Positions 26,212-34,271 of a stretch of 39,389 bases of DNA are shown piece after piece. Made by a program: the position numbers and the translations under genes. The stretch is taken from NCBI GenBank assembly GCA_900299355.1, contig OMJR01000082.1:1-39389 (forward strand), in the 5' to 3' direction. The stretch comes from Anaerolineaceae bacterium (GTDB lineage Bacteria > Chloroflexota > Anaerolineae > Anaerolineales > UBA11579). The notes under the pieces are model-generated. The model was given only the letters and a program-made list of their open reading frames with translations, ran no database searches and was not told where the DNA came from. Every line of letters begins with the position of its first letter. The stretch's first letter is position 1.

Positions 26212-26905
26212 GGGGATTGGCCCGGCGGTGTTCGACGCCGTCGGGGCCGGCCACCAACAAGTCAGTGGCTAAATTGAGGAACAGCCCATGTTCCACGATG
26301 CCGGCACGGCCTTCCAGCGCCTGGGCCAATTTGAAAGCATCTTCAATCGGACCAAAATCACAATTCAGCAGATAGTTGCCCTGGTCGGATAAGACTGCCT
26401 GACCCCTGTGCTCGCGCAGGATGGCCGAATTGGCCAGGCCGGCCAGATAGGCCTGCTGGCTCTTCCAGCCGAAGGGGCTGACTTCAACCGGCAGGGCGAA
26501 ATTGGCGCCCAGCGTGGGGGACAGCTTGCCCTCGTCTACGATGATTACTTCGCGCAGGCTGGCCTGAGCGACGATTTTTTCGCGCAGCAGCGCGCCGCCG
26601 CCACCCTTGATGAGATTTAAGTTAGGGTCGACTTCATCGGCGCCGTCGATGGTCATATCAATCCGGGGATGTTCATCAAGGCTGGTCAGCGGAATGCGTA
26701 ATTGCTGGCAGGCGTCAGCGGTGGCCTGGGAGCAGGGCACCGCCACGATGTCGGTAAGCTCGCCAGAGCTGAGTTTGGCGGCCAGCGCCTCCAGGGCGTA
26801 AGCTACCGTGCTGCCATGGCCCAGACCCAGCACCATGCCGCTCTCCACGATAGCTACGGCGGCTTCGGCAGCGGCCTGCTTGTAGGCTTTGGTGTTCGCG
26901 TTCAT
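26204..26905 (-). CDS. rpiA: Ribose-5-phosphate isomerase A
   Basis: 233 aa with RpiA blocks LGLGHGST, DGADEVD and IKGGGGALLREKIVA. The ATG shares one base with the upstream gene's stop (TGATG). Its 3' end overlaps the convergent oxidase gene by 8 nt. Confidence 0.9.
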   Translation of the reverse strand: MNANTKAYKQAAAEAAVAIVESGMVLGLGHGSTVAYALEALAAKLSSGELTDIVAVPCSQATADACQQLRIPLTSLDEHPRIDMTIDGADEVDPNLNLIKGGGGALLREKIVAQASLREVIIVDEGKLSPTLGANFALPVEVSPFGWKSQQAYLAGLANSAILREHRGQAVLSDQGNYLLNCDFGPIEDAFKLAQALEGRAGIVEHGLFLNLATDLLVAGPDGVEHRRANPPS

Positions 26906-27597
26906 CAGGGGGCTATTGTATCCACCGGCGCCAGCAGCAGGGTATTGCCCTGCTTGCCCACGGTTTCCAACAGGCCCATCTTACGCAGGCAGTAGCTTAG
27001 CCGTGTGCTGGTCGCCACATTGGTTTTCATCGCCTTGGCCAGCGATTTGTGCGTGAAGGGTCGTTCCAGCTTATCCGGAATCAGGTTGAGGTAGTCCGCC
27101 GGGCGCTCCAGGTGGGCGCTCTCCAGCACTTTGAGCAGATGGCGGTCGGCGATGCTCCATTTGCCGCGCCGCCAGGAGCCGCGGCCGTCGTCCCGCCAGA
27201 CCTCTTCCTGCTGGGTCAGCAGCACCTGCAGGCGGAAATTCGGGTGGGTGGCAATCTGCGGCATGCGCACCAGTTCGTCGAATACGTGCTCCAGGCGGCC
27301 CTTCTTTGGCGACTTGCGGCGGGCGACCTGGCGGCCGCGCTTGGTCTGGCGCACAATCCACTTGTCGCGGGCGATGGGATGCACCAGCAGTACTTCATGG
27401 TCTTCCAGCAATTTGGCCAGCTTGCGGCGGATGGCGGTGAAATTGCCGGTTTGGATTTCAATTAATAGGTCGCCGCGCACCAAATCAATGCGGTAGCCGT
27501 CCACATCCTGCTCGACCAGGTCGCCGGGCTGCGCCAGCCAATCCTTTAGCTGGCTGTGCAGATGCTGCTCGTTGAGCGTGCCAATCCTATTGGGCAT
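26905..27597 (-). CDS. Hypothetical protein, PD-(D/E)XK-nuclease-like N-terminal core with a C-terminal winged-helix-like region
   Basis: 230 aa. The core is GYRIDLVRGDLLIEIQTGNF (a D...E-x-Q/K pattern like CoiA-type and restriction-endonuclease-fold proteins). A basic linker follows (RRKSPKKGR), and the C-terminus is ATSTRLSYCLRKMGLLETVGKQGN. The ATG lies 11 nt inside the dinB 3' end. Confidence 0.55.
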   Translation of the reverse strand: MPNRIGTLNEQHLHSQLKDWLAQPGDLVEQDVDGYRIDLVRGDLLIEIQTGNFTAIRRKLAKLLEDHEVLLVHPIARDKWIVRQTKRGRQVARRKSPKKGRLEHVFDELVRMPQIATHPNFRLQVLLTQQEEVWRDDGRGSWRRGKWSIADRHLLKVLESAHLERPADYLNLIPDKLERPFTHKSLAKAMKTNVATSTRLSYCLRKMGLLETVGKQGNTLLLAPVDTIAP

Positions 27598-28786
27598 GGC
27601 GGTCCGCTTTCAGCTCGCTGGCGTGCCGCACCACATCCGGCCCGAAGCGCTGGTTGAGCAGCTTGAGCGCTTGCTCGAGTTGGTCTTGTTTGGCGGATTC
27701 GCGCGGGTCCCAATCCCAGAGGCTCATTTGGCGGCTGGGCGGCTCCAATCCGTGCACGCCCACGCCGATTAGGCGTATTAGCCGGCGGTTCTTCCAATTC
27801 TGGTCGAGCAGCTTGTTGGCGGCGTGCTCAATCAAGTCAGCCTGGTCGGTGGCTTCCTGCAAGGTGAGCTGGCGGGTGATGGTGGTGAAGTCGCTCCAGC
27901 GCAGCTTGAGCTGCACCGATTTGGCGAAGAGTTCCAGCTTTTTAAGCCGCTGGCTGACGGAAAGGCTCTGTTTTTTGAGGGTTTCGCGCAACTGGCGTGG
28001 GTTGTTGGTGTCTTCGCGGTAGGTGACTTCCTGGCTGACCGACTTGGTTTCGTGGCTGAGGTGGATCGGGCTGTTGTCAATGCCTTGGGCGCGGCGGTGC
28101 AGCGCGCGGCCGTGTTCGCCAAAGCGGCGTTCCAATTCGGCCAACGGGTAGGCGGCGATGTCGCCGATGGTATGCAGCCGCAATTCGGCCAGTTTTTCGG
28201 CGGTCTTGGGGCCGACGCCCCACAGCGCTTCGGTGGGCAGCGGCGCCAGAAAGGCGGCTTCCTCGCCGGGCGGCACTACCTGGATTGCATTGGGATAGGT
28301 GTTGGTTTGGCTGCTGGCTTTGCCGACATTGGTTGCAATTTTGGCGACCAGCTTGTTGGTGGCGACCCCCAGCGAACTGGGCAGCCCTAGCTCATCACGG
28401 ATGCGCGCCTGCATGTCGCGGGCATATTCCACCGCATCCTTGGGCAGATCGGTGACCTCAATAAATGCTTCATCAATTGAAATTGCCTGCACCAATTCAC
28501 TGTAGCTCTGCATGATGGCGCGGGCCTTGCACGAATACTCGACATAGTTGCGGTAGGAATGGCGCACAATCTGCAGGTCGGGGCAGATGCGCACCGCGCG
28601 TGACATCGGCATGGCGGAGTGCACGCCAAACTTGCGCGCGGCATAGGAACAGGAGGCGACCACGCCGCGGCCCTGGGGTGAACCGCCCACCGCGAAGGGC
28701 TTACCGCGCAGTGATGGATCGTGGAGTTCCTCCACGGCGCAGAAGAAAGCATCCAGGTCCAAATGTAGAATTTTGCGCATAGCCAT
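27587..28786 (-). CDS. dinB: DNA polymerase IV (Y-family translesion polymerase)
   Basis: 399 aa with the blocks ILHLDLDAFFCAVEE and SIDEAFIEVT, plus the little-finger region, colinear with DinB. Confidence 0.93.
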   Translation of the reverse strand: MAMRKILHLDLDAFFCAVEELHDPSLRGKPFAVGGSPQGRGVVASCSYAARKFGVHSAMPMSRAVRICPDLQIVRHSYRNYVEYSCKARAIMQSYSELVQAISIDEAFIEVTDLPKDAVEYARDMQARIRDELGLPSSLGVATNKLVAKIATNVGKASSQTNTYPNAIQVVPPGEEAAFLAPLPTEALWGVGPKTAEKLAELRLHTIGDIAAYPLAELERRFGEHGRALHRRAQGIDNSPIHLSHETKSVSQEVTYREDTNNPRQLRETLKKQSLSVSQRLKKLELFAKSVQLKLRWSDFTTITRQLTLQEATDQADLIEHAANKLLDQNWKNRRLIRLIGVGVHGLEPPSRQMSLWDWDPRESAKQDQLEQALKLLNQRFGPDVVRHASELKADRHAQ

Positions 28787-28798
28787 ACCCGCTAAAGG

Positions 28799-30001
28799 CT
28801 AGATTGATCCGCTTTCCCGCAAGGCGGCGATGCGCTCAGCGTCGTAGCCAAGCAGGCCGCCCAGCACCTCGTCGGTGTGCTCGCCGTGTTCGGGGGGCGG
28901 GTAGCGCACACTGGGCGGGTTGTAAAGCGTCTTCAGGGGCGAGGCCACCAGGGGCAGCTCCTCACCAGATTTGGCGGTAACCGAGGTCTGCATATTGCGC
29001 GCCTGCACCTGGGGATCTTCAAAGACCTGGCGGATATCGTTGATTGGCGCGGCCGGGATGCCGGCCTCAACGCATATGGCTAACCATTCTTCAACCGTGC
29101 GCTGTGAAAAGAGTTCGTCCAGCAGCGGGATCAGGGTTTTGCGGTTCTCGACGCGCTGGGGATTGGTGGCGAAGCGCTCATCTTCGATCCAATCGTCTTT
29201 GCCGACTGCGCGGCAGAATTTGGCCCACTGGCCATCGTTGCCGGCCGCAAAGGCCAGGTGGCCGTCGCTGGCTTCAAAACTCTGATAGGGCACGATATTG
29301 GGGTGGGCGTTGCCGTAGCGTTTGGGCGTCTCGCCACTGACCAGATAGTTGCTGGCGACATAGGTCATCGTCGCCACCTGCGAATCGAGCAGCGAGATAT
29401 CAATGCGTTGGCCGTCGCCGGTGCGCTCCCGCGCGAAGAGCGCGGCGCAGATCGCATTGCAGGCGTAGATTCCACTGAGCAGGTCCGTGATAGCGACCCC
29501 CACACGGGTGGGCTCGCCTTCCGCCGGCCCGGAGACCGACATGAGCCCGCCCAGCGCCTGGGCGATGAAATCGTAGCCAGGTTGGTCGCGGTACGGGCCG
29601 CTGTAGCCGAAACCGGTCACGGTGCAATAAATCAGCCCCGGGCGGATTTGCTGTAATTTGTCGTAATCCAGGCCCAGGCGTTCCAGTGTGCCAGCCTTGA
29701 AATTCTCGACCAGCACGTCCGCCTGGGCAATCAAATCGCGCAGCACAGCCATGCCCTCATCACTCTTCAAGTTGAGGGTGATGCTGCGTTTATTGCGGTT
29801 GGCCGACAGGAAATAGGCCGACATACCGCTTTCGGTAAAGGGCGGCCCCCATTGGCGTGTATCGTCGCCGCGGCTGGGTTCCTCGACCTTGATCACATCC
29901 GCGCCCATGTCGCCCAGCATCTGGGCGCAGTAGGGGCCAGCCAGTACGCGGGTCAGATCGACCACGCGCACGCCATGTAACAATCCGCTATCAGGGGGCA
30001 T
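28799..30001 (-). CDS. Family III CoA-transferase (CaiB/BaiF family)
   Basis: I prefer ATG 30001 (MPPDSGLLHGVRVVDLTRVLAGPYC...), which has GGAG 5-8 nt upstream. The ORF track extends to 30049. The GADVIKVE block and the family-wide colinearity support the call. Confidence 0.85.
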   Translation of the reverse strand: MPPDSGLLHGVRVVDLTRVLAGPYCAQMLGDMGADVIKVEEPSRGDDTRQWGPPFTESGMSAYFLSANRNKRSITLNLKSDEGMAVLRDLIAQADVLVENFKAGTLERLGLDYDKLQQIRPGLIYCTVTGFGYSGPYRDQPGYDFIAQALGGLMSVSGPAEGEPTRVGVAITDLLSGIYACNAICAALFARERTGDGQRIDISLLDSQVATMTYVASNYLVSGETPKRYGNAHPNIVPYQSFEASDGHLAFAAGNDGQWAKFCRAVGKDDWIEDERFATNPQRVENRKTLIPLLDELFSQRTVEEWLAICVEAGIPAAPINDIRQVFEDPQVQARNMQTSVTAKSGEELPLVASPLKTLYNPPSVRYPPPEHGEHTDEVLGGLLGYDAERIAALRESGSI

Positions 30002-30108
30002 CAAATCTCCGGGAACCAGGATAATGGCATGATACCATTTATAGGTCAAATATTCTAATTTCGCTGTCTGGCGTGAGTGCCATTAGTCATGGCTCTTTAG
30101 GAGGAGCG

Positions 30109-30801
30109 ATGGTTGACCCGCTTGAATATGTCCTTCCCGGATTTGAATGGGTGCATATACCAGCAGCTAGTGCCGATGAAGGAAGGGCGCACCAGGCAGC
30201 CTTCAAGATGGGCCGTTTCCCGATTACCAACGCCCAATATGAGGTTTTTGTTGAGGCCGATGGCTATAAGGATCCGGCATGGTGGCAGGATCTGGGGCTG
30301 CATCCATCAAGCCCGCGTAAATCAGATTGGGACGAATCTACGGCGCCCAAATTGCAGGTGTGCTGGTTTGAGGCGGTGGGCTTCACGCGGTGGCTCAGTG
30401 CGGTTTCTGGTTTGGCCGTGCGCTTGCCGACCGCTGCCGAATGGCGCTGGGCCGCGGTGGGTGACAGCGGCTGGAGTTATCTTTATGGGCCCGAATTTGA
30501 TGCCCAGTGCTGTAATATGCAGGATAGTGGCCTGGATCGTACAAATGATGTAATGCGTTACGCCGATGTCGCTACGCACTTTGGCGTTGTGGATATGGCC
30601 GGCAACGTGTGGGAGTGGATGTTGGAATCAGAAGACGATACCCATCCGCTGAATACGACTGGCGATGGACGGAGAATTCTCTGCGGCGGTTCCTGGCGCG
30701 CACCGGCTTCCCAAGGCGCAGCCGGCCATCACCGCCCGCTATCGCCACGGTCACGAACCTATGACATAGGCTTTCGAATCATCCTGGACGGGAGTAGTTA
30801 A
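30109..30801 (+). CDS. Stand-alone formylglycine-generating-enzyme (FGE/SUMF1) domain protein
   Basis: ATG 30109 has AGGAGG 5 nt upstream; the ORF track starts at GTG 30073. FGE-sulfatase domain blocks are present: FKMGRFPITNAQYEVFV, VCWFEAVGFTRWLS, GNVWEWM, CGGSWR and IGFRI. Confidence 0.85.
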   Translation: MVDPLEYVLPGFEWVHIPAASADEGRAHQAAFKMGRFPITNAQYEVFVEADGYKDPAWWQDLGLHPSSPRKSDWDESTAPKLQVCWFEAVGFTRWLSAVSGLAVRLPTAAEWRWAAVGDSGWSYLYGPEFDAQCCNMQDSGLDRTNDVMRYADVATHFGVVDMAGNVWEWMLESEDDTHPLNTTGDGRRILCGGSWRAPASQGAAGHHRPLSPRSRTYDIGFRIILDGSS

Positions 30802-30960
30802 TCGAGGTTTGCGCAACTATTTTGTTTCAGGCGTGTTATTTATGGAGATGTCTATCAATCTCCCCAACGGCTATTAGGCCCACAAAAGGAGGTGGCTATC
30901 GCTTAGATTCTGGCTTTCCACAATCCATTCGCTATTGTATTCGTGTAATGAGGAGATTTC

Positions 30961-32343
30961 ATGGCAACTAAACAAATGGGCTATCTGCCCAATGAACAGC
31001 CCCCACTGGGGCAACTGATCCTGCTGGGCTTCCAGCATGTAATCACCATGTTCCCGGCCACGGTTTTTGTGGCAGCATTGTGCGGCTTTCATGTTAGCAC
31101 GGTGTTGTTTGCCTCGGGCATTTCTACCATCGTGGCGCTCATCCTTTCGCGCCGCGGTATCGGCAAGTTCATCCCGCTGTTCTATGGCTCAAGCTTCAGC
31201 TATATTGCCGCCTATCTGGGCATCGTCCAGCAGATGACAGGTGAATTGCCCACCTTCGGTGTGCCGGTATCCAATGAAGTGCTATCCACCTTGCAGGCCG
31301 GTATCGTGGTTACCGGTATCCTAAACGTCGTGGTGGGCTTCATTGTGCGCGCGGTGGGCAAAGATGCGGTGGACCGCGTTCTGCCGCCGATCGTGACCGG
31401 TTCCGTGGCGGCGATCATCGGTTTCGGCCTGGCTTTCGCAGCTCTGGATCTGGCTGGCGCCAATTGGGGCGTAGCCATCCTGACTCTGTTGCTCACGATC
31501 TTGTTTTCCGTCTATCTGCAGAATCGTGGCTTTATCGGCATGCTGCCGATCCTGTTGGGTGCAGTATCCGGCATGGTGCTTTCAGCGATCTTCTCCCCGG
31601 GCTCGGTGAACTTCTCCGCCGTCGCCGCTGCCCCGCTGTTTGATATGCCTAATTTCACGACCCCAGCTTTTAGTGGCGCCTTGGTGGGCACGGCGATCTT
31701 CAGTGTTTCGATCATGGCGATTGCCACGATTCCCGAGTCCACGGCGCACCTGTACCAGATGAGCCTGTATGTGGATCGCTATGCTGACGAACGTAAGGAA
31801 AAGCACTACGAGCTGGATAAGCACGTGGGTTTCAACCTGATCCTGGATGGTATCGGCGACTTCCTCAACGGCCTCATGGGGGCGACAGCGGGCACCAACT
31901 ATGGCGAGAACAACTCGCTAATGGCAATCACCCGAAACTACTCCGGCCCGGCCTTGATGATGGCCGGCTTCCTTTCGATCCTGTTGGGCTTTGTTGGCCC
32001 GCTGCAGGCGCTGGTGGCCGCTGTGCCCTTGGCGGTTAGCGGTGGGTTGGCAATCTACCTGTTTGGCGTGATCGGCATGCAAGGTATCGCTCTGATGCAG
32101 GAGCACAAAGTCAACATGTTTGTGCCCCGCAACCTAGCGGTCGGCGCGGTGATCATGGTGATCGGCATCGGCGGTAACATCGGTTTTGAAGGCGGTTTCC
32201 TGCCCATCCCGGTGTTCCAGAGTGTGTTCCCCAACGGCTTGCCGGCGATCGCAACAGCTGCAGTGCTGGGCATTCTGGTGAATGCGATCTTCCTGGTCTT
32301 CGATCCGGAAGGCAAGGCTAAGAAAGCCCCTTCTAACAAGTAA
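30961..32343 (+). CDS. Nucleobase:cation symporter-2 (NCS2) family permease (uracil/xanthine-type)
   Basis: 460 aa and polytopic. It has the N-terminal NCS2 block LILLGFQHVITMFPATVFVA and later TAGTNYGENNS. GGAGAT lies 4 nt upstream of the ATG. Confidence 0.88.
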   Translation: MATKQMGYLPNEQPPLGQLILLGFQHVITMFPATVFVAALCGFHVSTVLFASGISTIVALILSRRGIGKFIPLFYGSSFSYIAAYLGIVQQMTGELPTFGVPVSNEVLSTLQAGIVVTGILNVVVGFIVRAVGKDAVDRVLPPIVTGSVAAIIGFGLAFAALDLAGANWGVAILTLLLTILFSVYLQNRGFIGMLPILLGAVSGMVLSAIFSPGSVNFSAVAAAPLFDMPNFTTPAFSGALVGTAIFSVSIMAIATIPESTAHLYQMSLYVDRYADERKEKHYELDKHVGFNLILDGIGDFLNGLMGATAGTNYGENNSLMAITRNYSGPALMMAGFLSILLGFVGPLQALVAAVPLAVSGGLAIYLFGVIGMQGIALMQEHKVNMFVPRNLAVGAVIMVIGIGGNIGFEGGFLPIPVFQSVFPNGLPAIATAAVLGILVNAIFLVFDPEGKAKKAPSNK

Positions 32344-32360
32344 GCAAAGCGTCAAAACAA

Positions 32361-32387
32361 AAGAGGAGCAGCCTGGCTGCTCCTCTT
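32361..32387. terminator. Bidirectional rho-independent terminator between the convergent permease gene and the catabolic cluster
   Basis: AAGAGGAGCAGC-CTG-GCTGCTCCTCTT is a perfect 12-bp stem. It is flanked by AAAACAA on the left and TTT on the right. Confidence 0.8.
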
Positions 32388-32388
32388 T

Positions 32389-33231
32389 TTAGTTAATCCG
32401 TTGAAGGAATTCACGAAAGCGGGTGGGTGGGCGGCCCAGCAATTGCTGCAACACGGCGCCATTGCCGATGAAACCGTGCTGGTCGTAATAGCTGAACATC
32501 TGGCTGAGCGTGTTGCGGGCATAGGCCTGCAGCCCGCTGGCGCCATACCGCCAATCCTCGACGCTAATGGCCTCGACGGTGACCGGTTGGCCCAGTCGTT
32601 CCCCGACTTGGGCCGCCTGCTCGCGGGCCGACAGCGTCTCCGGCCCGCAGAGCTCAAAGCTGGCGAATGCGTAGCCGTCCTCGGTGAGCACGCTGGCGGC
32701 GACCTCGGCCACATCGCCAAGGTCAACCGGCGTGGATTTAGCCTCCACTGAATAGGGCAGTTGGTAGCCCCCCTGATCCAAAATCGCATCCCAATAGCCG
32801 AGGATGTTTTGCATATAGGCAGCGGGCTGCAGGATGGTGAAGGGCAACCCGCTGGAGATGAGGGCTTCCTCCACGCGCAACTTGGCCCAGTGATGGGGCA
32901 TGGCTTCAATGTGGGGATAGAGCACCGAATGGTAGACCAGCCGTGGCAGCCCGACGTCCGCCGCCTGGGCCACGATGTGCTGGCCCAACCCTGCTTCCTG
33001 TGGATGCATGTTGGGGATGATCAAGTACAAGGCATCGACGCCGCTAAGCGCTGTTGCCATGTCGGCTGGTGCTGCCAAATCGCCCAACATGACGTCCGTC
33101 GCGCCTGCCGTCCGCACGGCCGCTTCGTAGTCGGCCTTGTGGATCAGGGCGCGCGTGTCCGCACCGCGGGCCGCCAGAGCGCGCAACACGGCCAGGCCGG
33201 TTTTGCCTGCTGCTCCGGTAACCAGGATCAT
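32389..33231 (-). CDS. NmrA-like / atypical SDR NAD(P)-binding protein
   Basis: 280 aa with the N-terminal Rossmann motif MILVTGAAGKTGLAVLRAL. The ATG overlaps the upstream stop (ATGA). Confidence 0.82.
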   Translation of the reverse strand: MILVTGAAGKTGLAVLRALAARGADTRALIHKADYEAAVRTAGATDVMLGDLAAPADMATALSGVDALYLIIPNMHPQEAGLGQHIVAQAADVGLPRLVYHSVLYPHIEAMPHHWAKLRVEEALISSGLPFTILQPAAYMQNILGYWDAILDQGGYQLPYSVEAKSTPVDLGDVAEVAASVLTEDGYAFASFELCGPETLSAREQAAQVGERLGQPVTVEAISVEDWRYGASGLQAYARNTLSQMFSYYDQHGFIGNGAVLQQLLGRPPTRFREFLQRIN

Positions 33232-34097
33232 ATCTGGCCCTCCAAGATGGCGATGAAGCCGCCCAGCGCGTCAGCGCCGGAGGTGTGACCGGTGGGCAGG
33301 ATACGCAGCACGGCTGCTTCCAGGGCGGCTGGATCCTGGCCGCCTATCGCGGCCAGCAGCTGGTGCCAGGGTTCGCCCGCCTCGCCGCGCGCGGCGGCCT
33401 CCAGCCAGGCGGCGGAGAGCGAGTTGGTGCGCGGGATGGCCGCGTCGGCAATGTTGAGGCACAGAGTCAAGGCGTTCAGCTCGCCGTGCACGGCGTAGAG
33501 ACCGTGCATGATGCCCACCAGGAAATCATCCCCCGCTGGCGTGAGACCGGGGCCTAGCCCGGCCAGCTTGACCGCAGCATCCTGGATACCCTGCAAGTCG
33601 GTGCGTTCCAGGGATGCGAGTAAATCGTCGGCGGGTTGGCGGGCGGTCGCCAGGGTTTTGGCCCAGGGCTGATCAGCGCGGCTGGGGGAGATCACCAGTT
33701 GGGCAAAACTATCCGGATCGGCGTGGGCGGCCAGCAGGCTGCGCAACTGCTCCACGGTCCAGGCGAATGTCGCGGGCGAGGTGGCGCTCCAATCGGGCAC
33801 CGGCGCCCACAGCGGCGCATCGGCGTAATCAACCTGAAGATCGCCGATCTGGATCAGGCCTTTCAGCGAGCCAATCTGGCTGCCGGCTTCGATGAAATCG
33901 GTAAAGTGGGTCTCCGGCACGACCAGCGAGAAAGGCCCGTTGCCAACCCGCGGAGTGACTAGCGAAAGCACCCGGCTTTCGGCGTTGACAAGATTGACCA
34001 CAGGTTCGAAGACGTGCAGTACGTAGGCAAACTCGGAGGTCTCCAGCCAGGCTTTGGCGCCGGGCGAGATGAATTGGGCGACTGTGCGGTTGGGCAT
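33228..34097 (-). CDS. DUF2877-domain protein (family of E. coli YlbF/AllH)
   Basis: 289 aa. The central block LAGLGPGLTPAGDDFLVGIMHGL and the N-terminal VVNLVNAESRVLSLVTPRVGNGP match my recollection of DUF2877. No SD is visible. Confidence 0.6.
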   Translation of the reverse strand: MPNRTVAQFISPGAKAWLETSEFAYVLHVFEPVVNLVNAESRVLSLVTPRVGNGPFSLVVPETHFTDFIEAGSQIGSLKGLIQIGDLQVDYADAPLWAPVPDWSATSPATFAWTVEQLRSLLAAHADPDSFAQLVISPSRADQPWAKTLATARQPADDLLASLERTDLQGIQDAAVKLAGLGPGLTPAGDDFLVGIMHGLYAVHGELNALTLCLNIADAAIPRTNSLSAAWLEAAARGEAGEPWHQLLAAIGGQDPAALEAAVLRILPTGHTSGADALGGFIAILEGQI

Positions 34098-34129
34098 GGG
34101 GCGATTTTACTTTGCGGAAACCTTCTTTA

Positions 34130-34259
34130 GTCATTCCGAGTGAGGTCGCTCAGCGACCGACGAGGAAATCCTGTATGGTCAGCTTTTCCAGCCAGCTCGC
34201 TGGTGAGACATGACGGAAGGAATTCCTCCTTGGGCCTATGGCCATCGTTCGGAATGACA
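34130..34259. repeat. Composite inverted-repeat element B (same family as 20181-20591)
   Basis: The left arm is GTCATTCCGAGTGAGGTCGCTCAGCGACCGACGAGGAAATCC (34130-34171). The right arm is GGAATTCCTCCTTGGGCCTATGGCCATCGTTCGGAATGACA (34219-34259). It fills the gap between the amidohydrolase and DUF2877 genes. Confidence 0.8.
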
Positions 34260-34271
34260 AGTTGACTAAGG

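Noticed and set aside
30002-30108. Longer starts for the divergent CoA-transferase (30049) and FGE (GTG 30073) genes
   Set aside because: The internal ATGs at 30001 and 30109 have good SDs (GGAG, AGGAGG). The extensions add non-conserved residues and would nearly abolish the shared promoter region.
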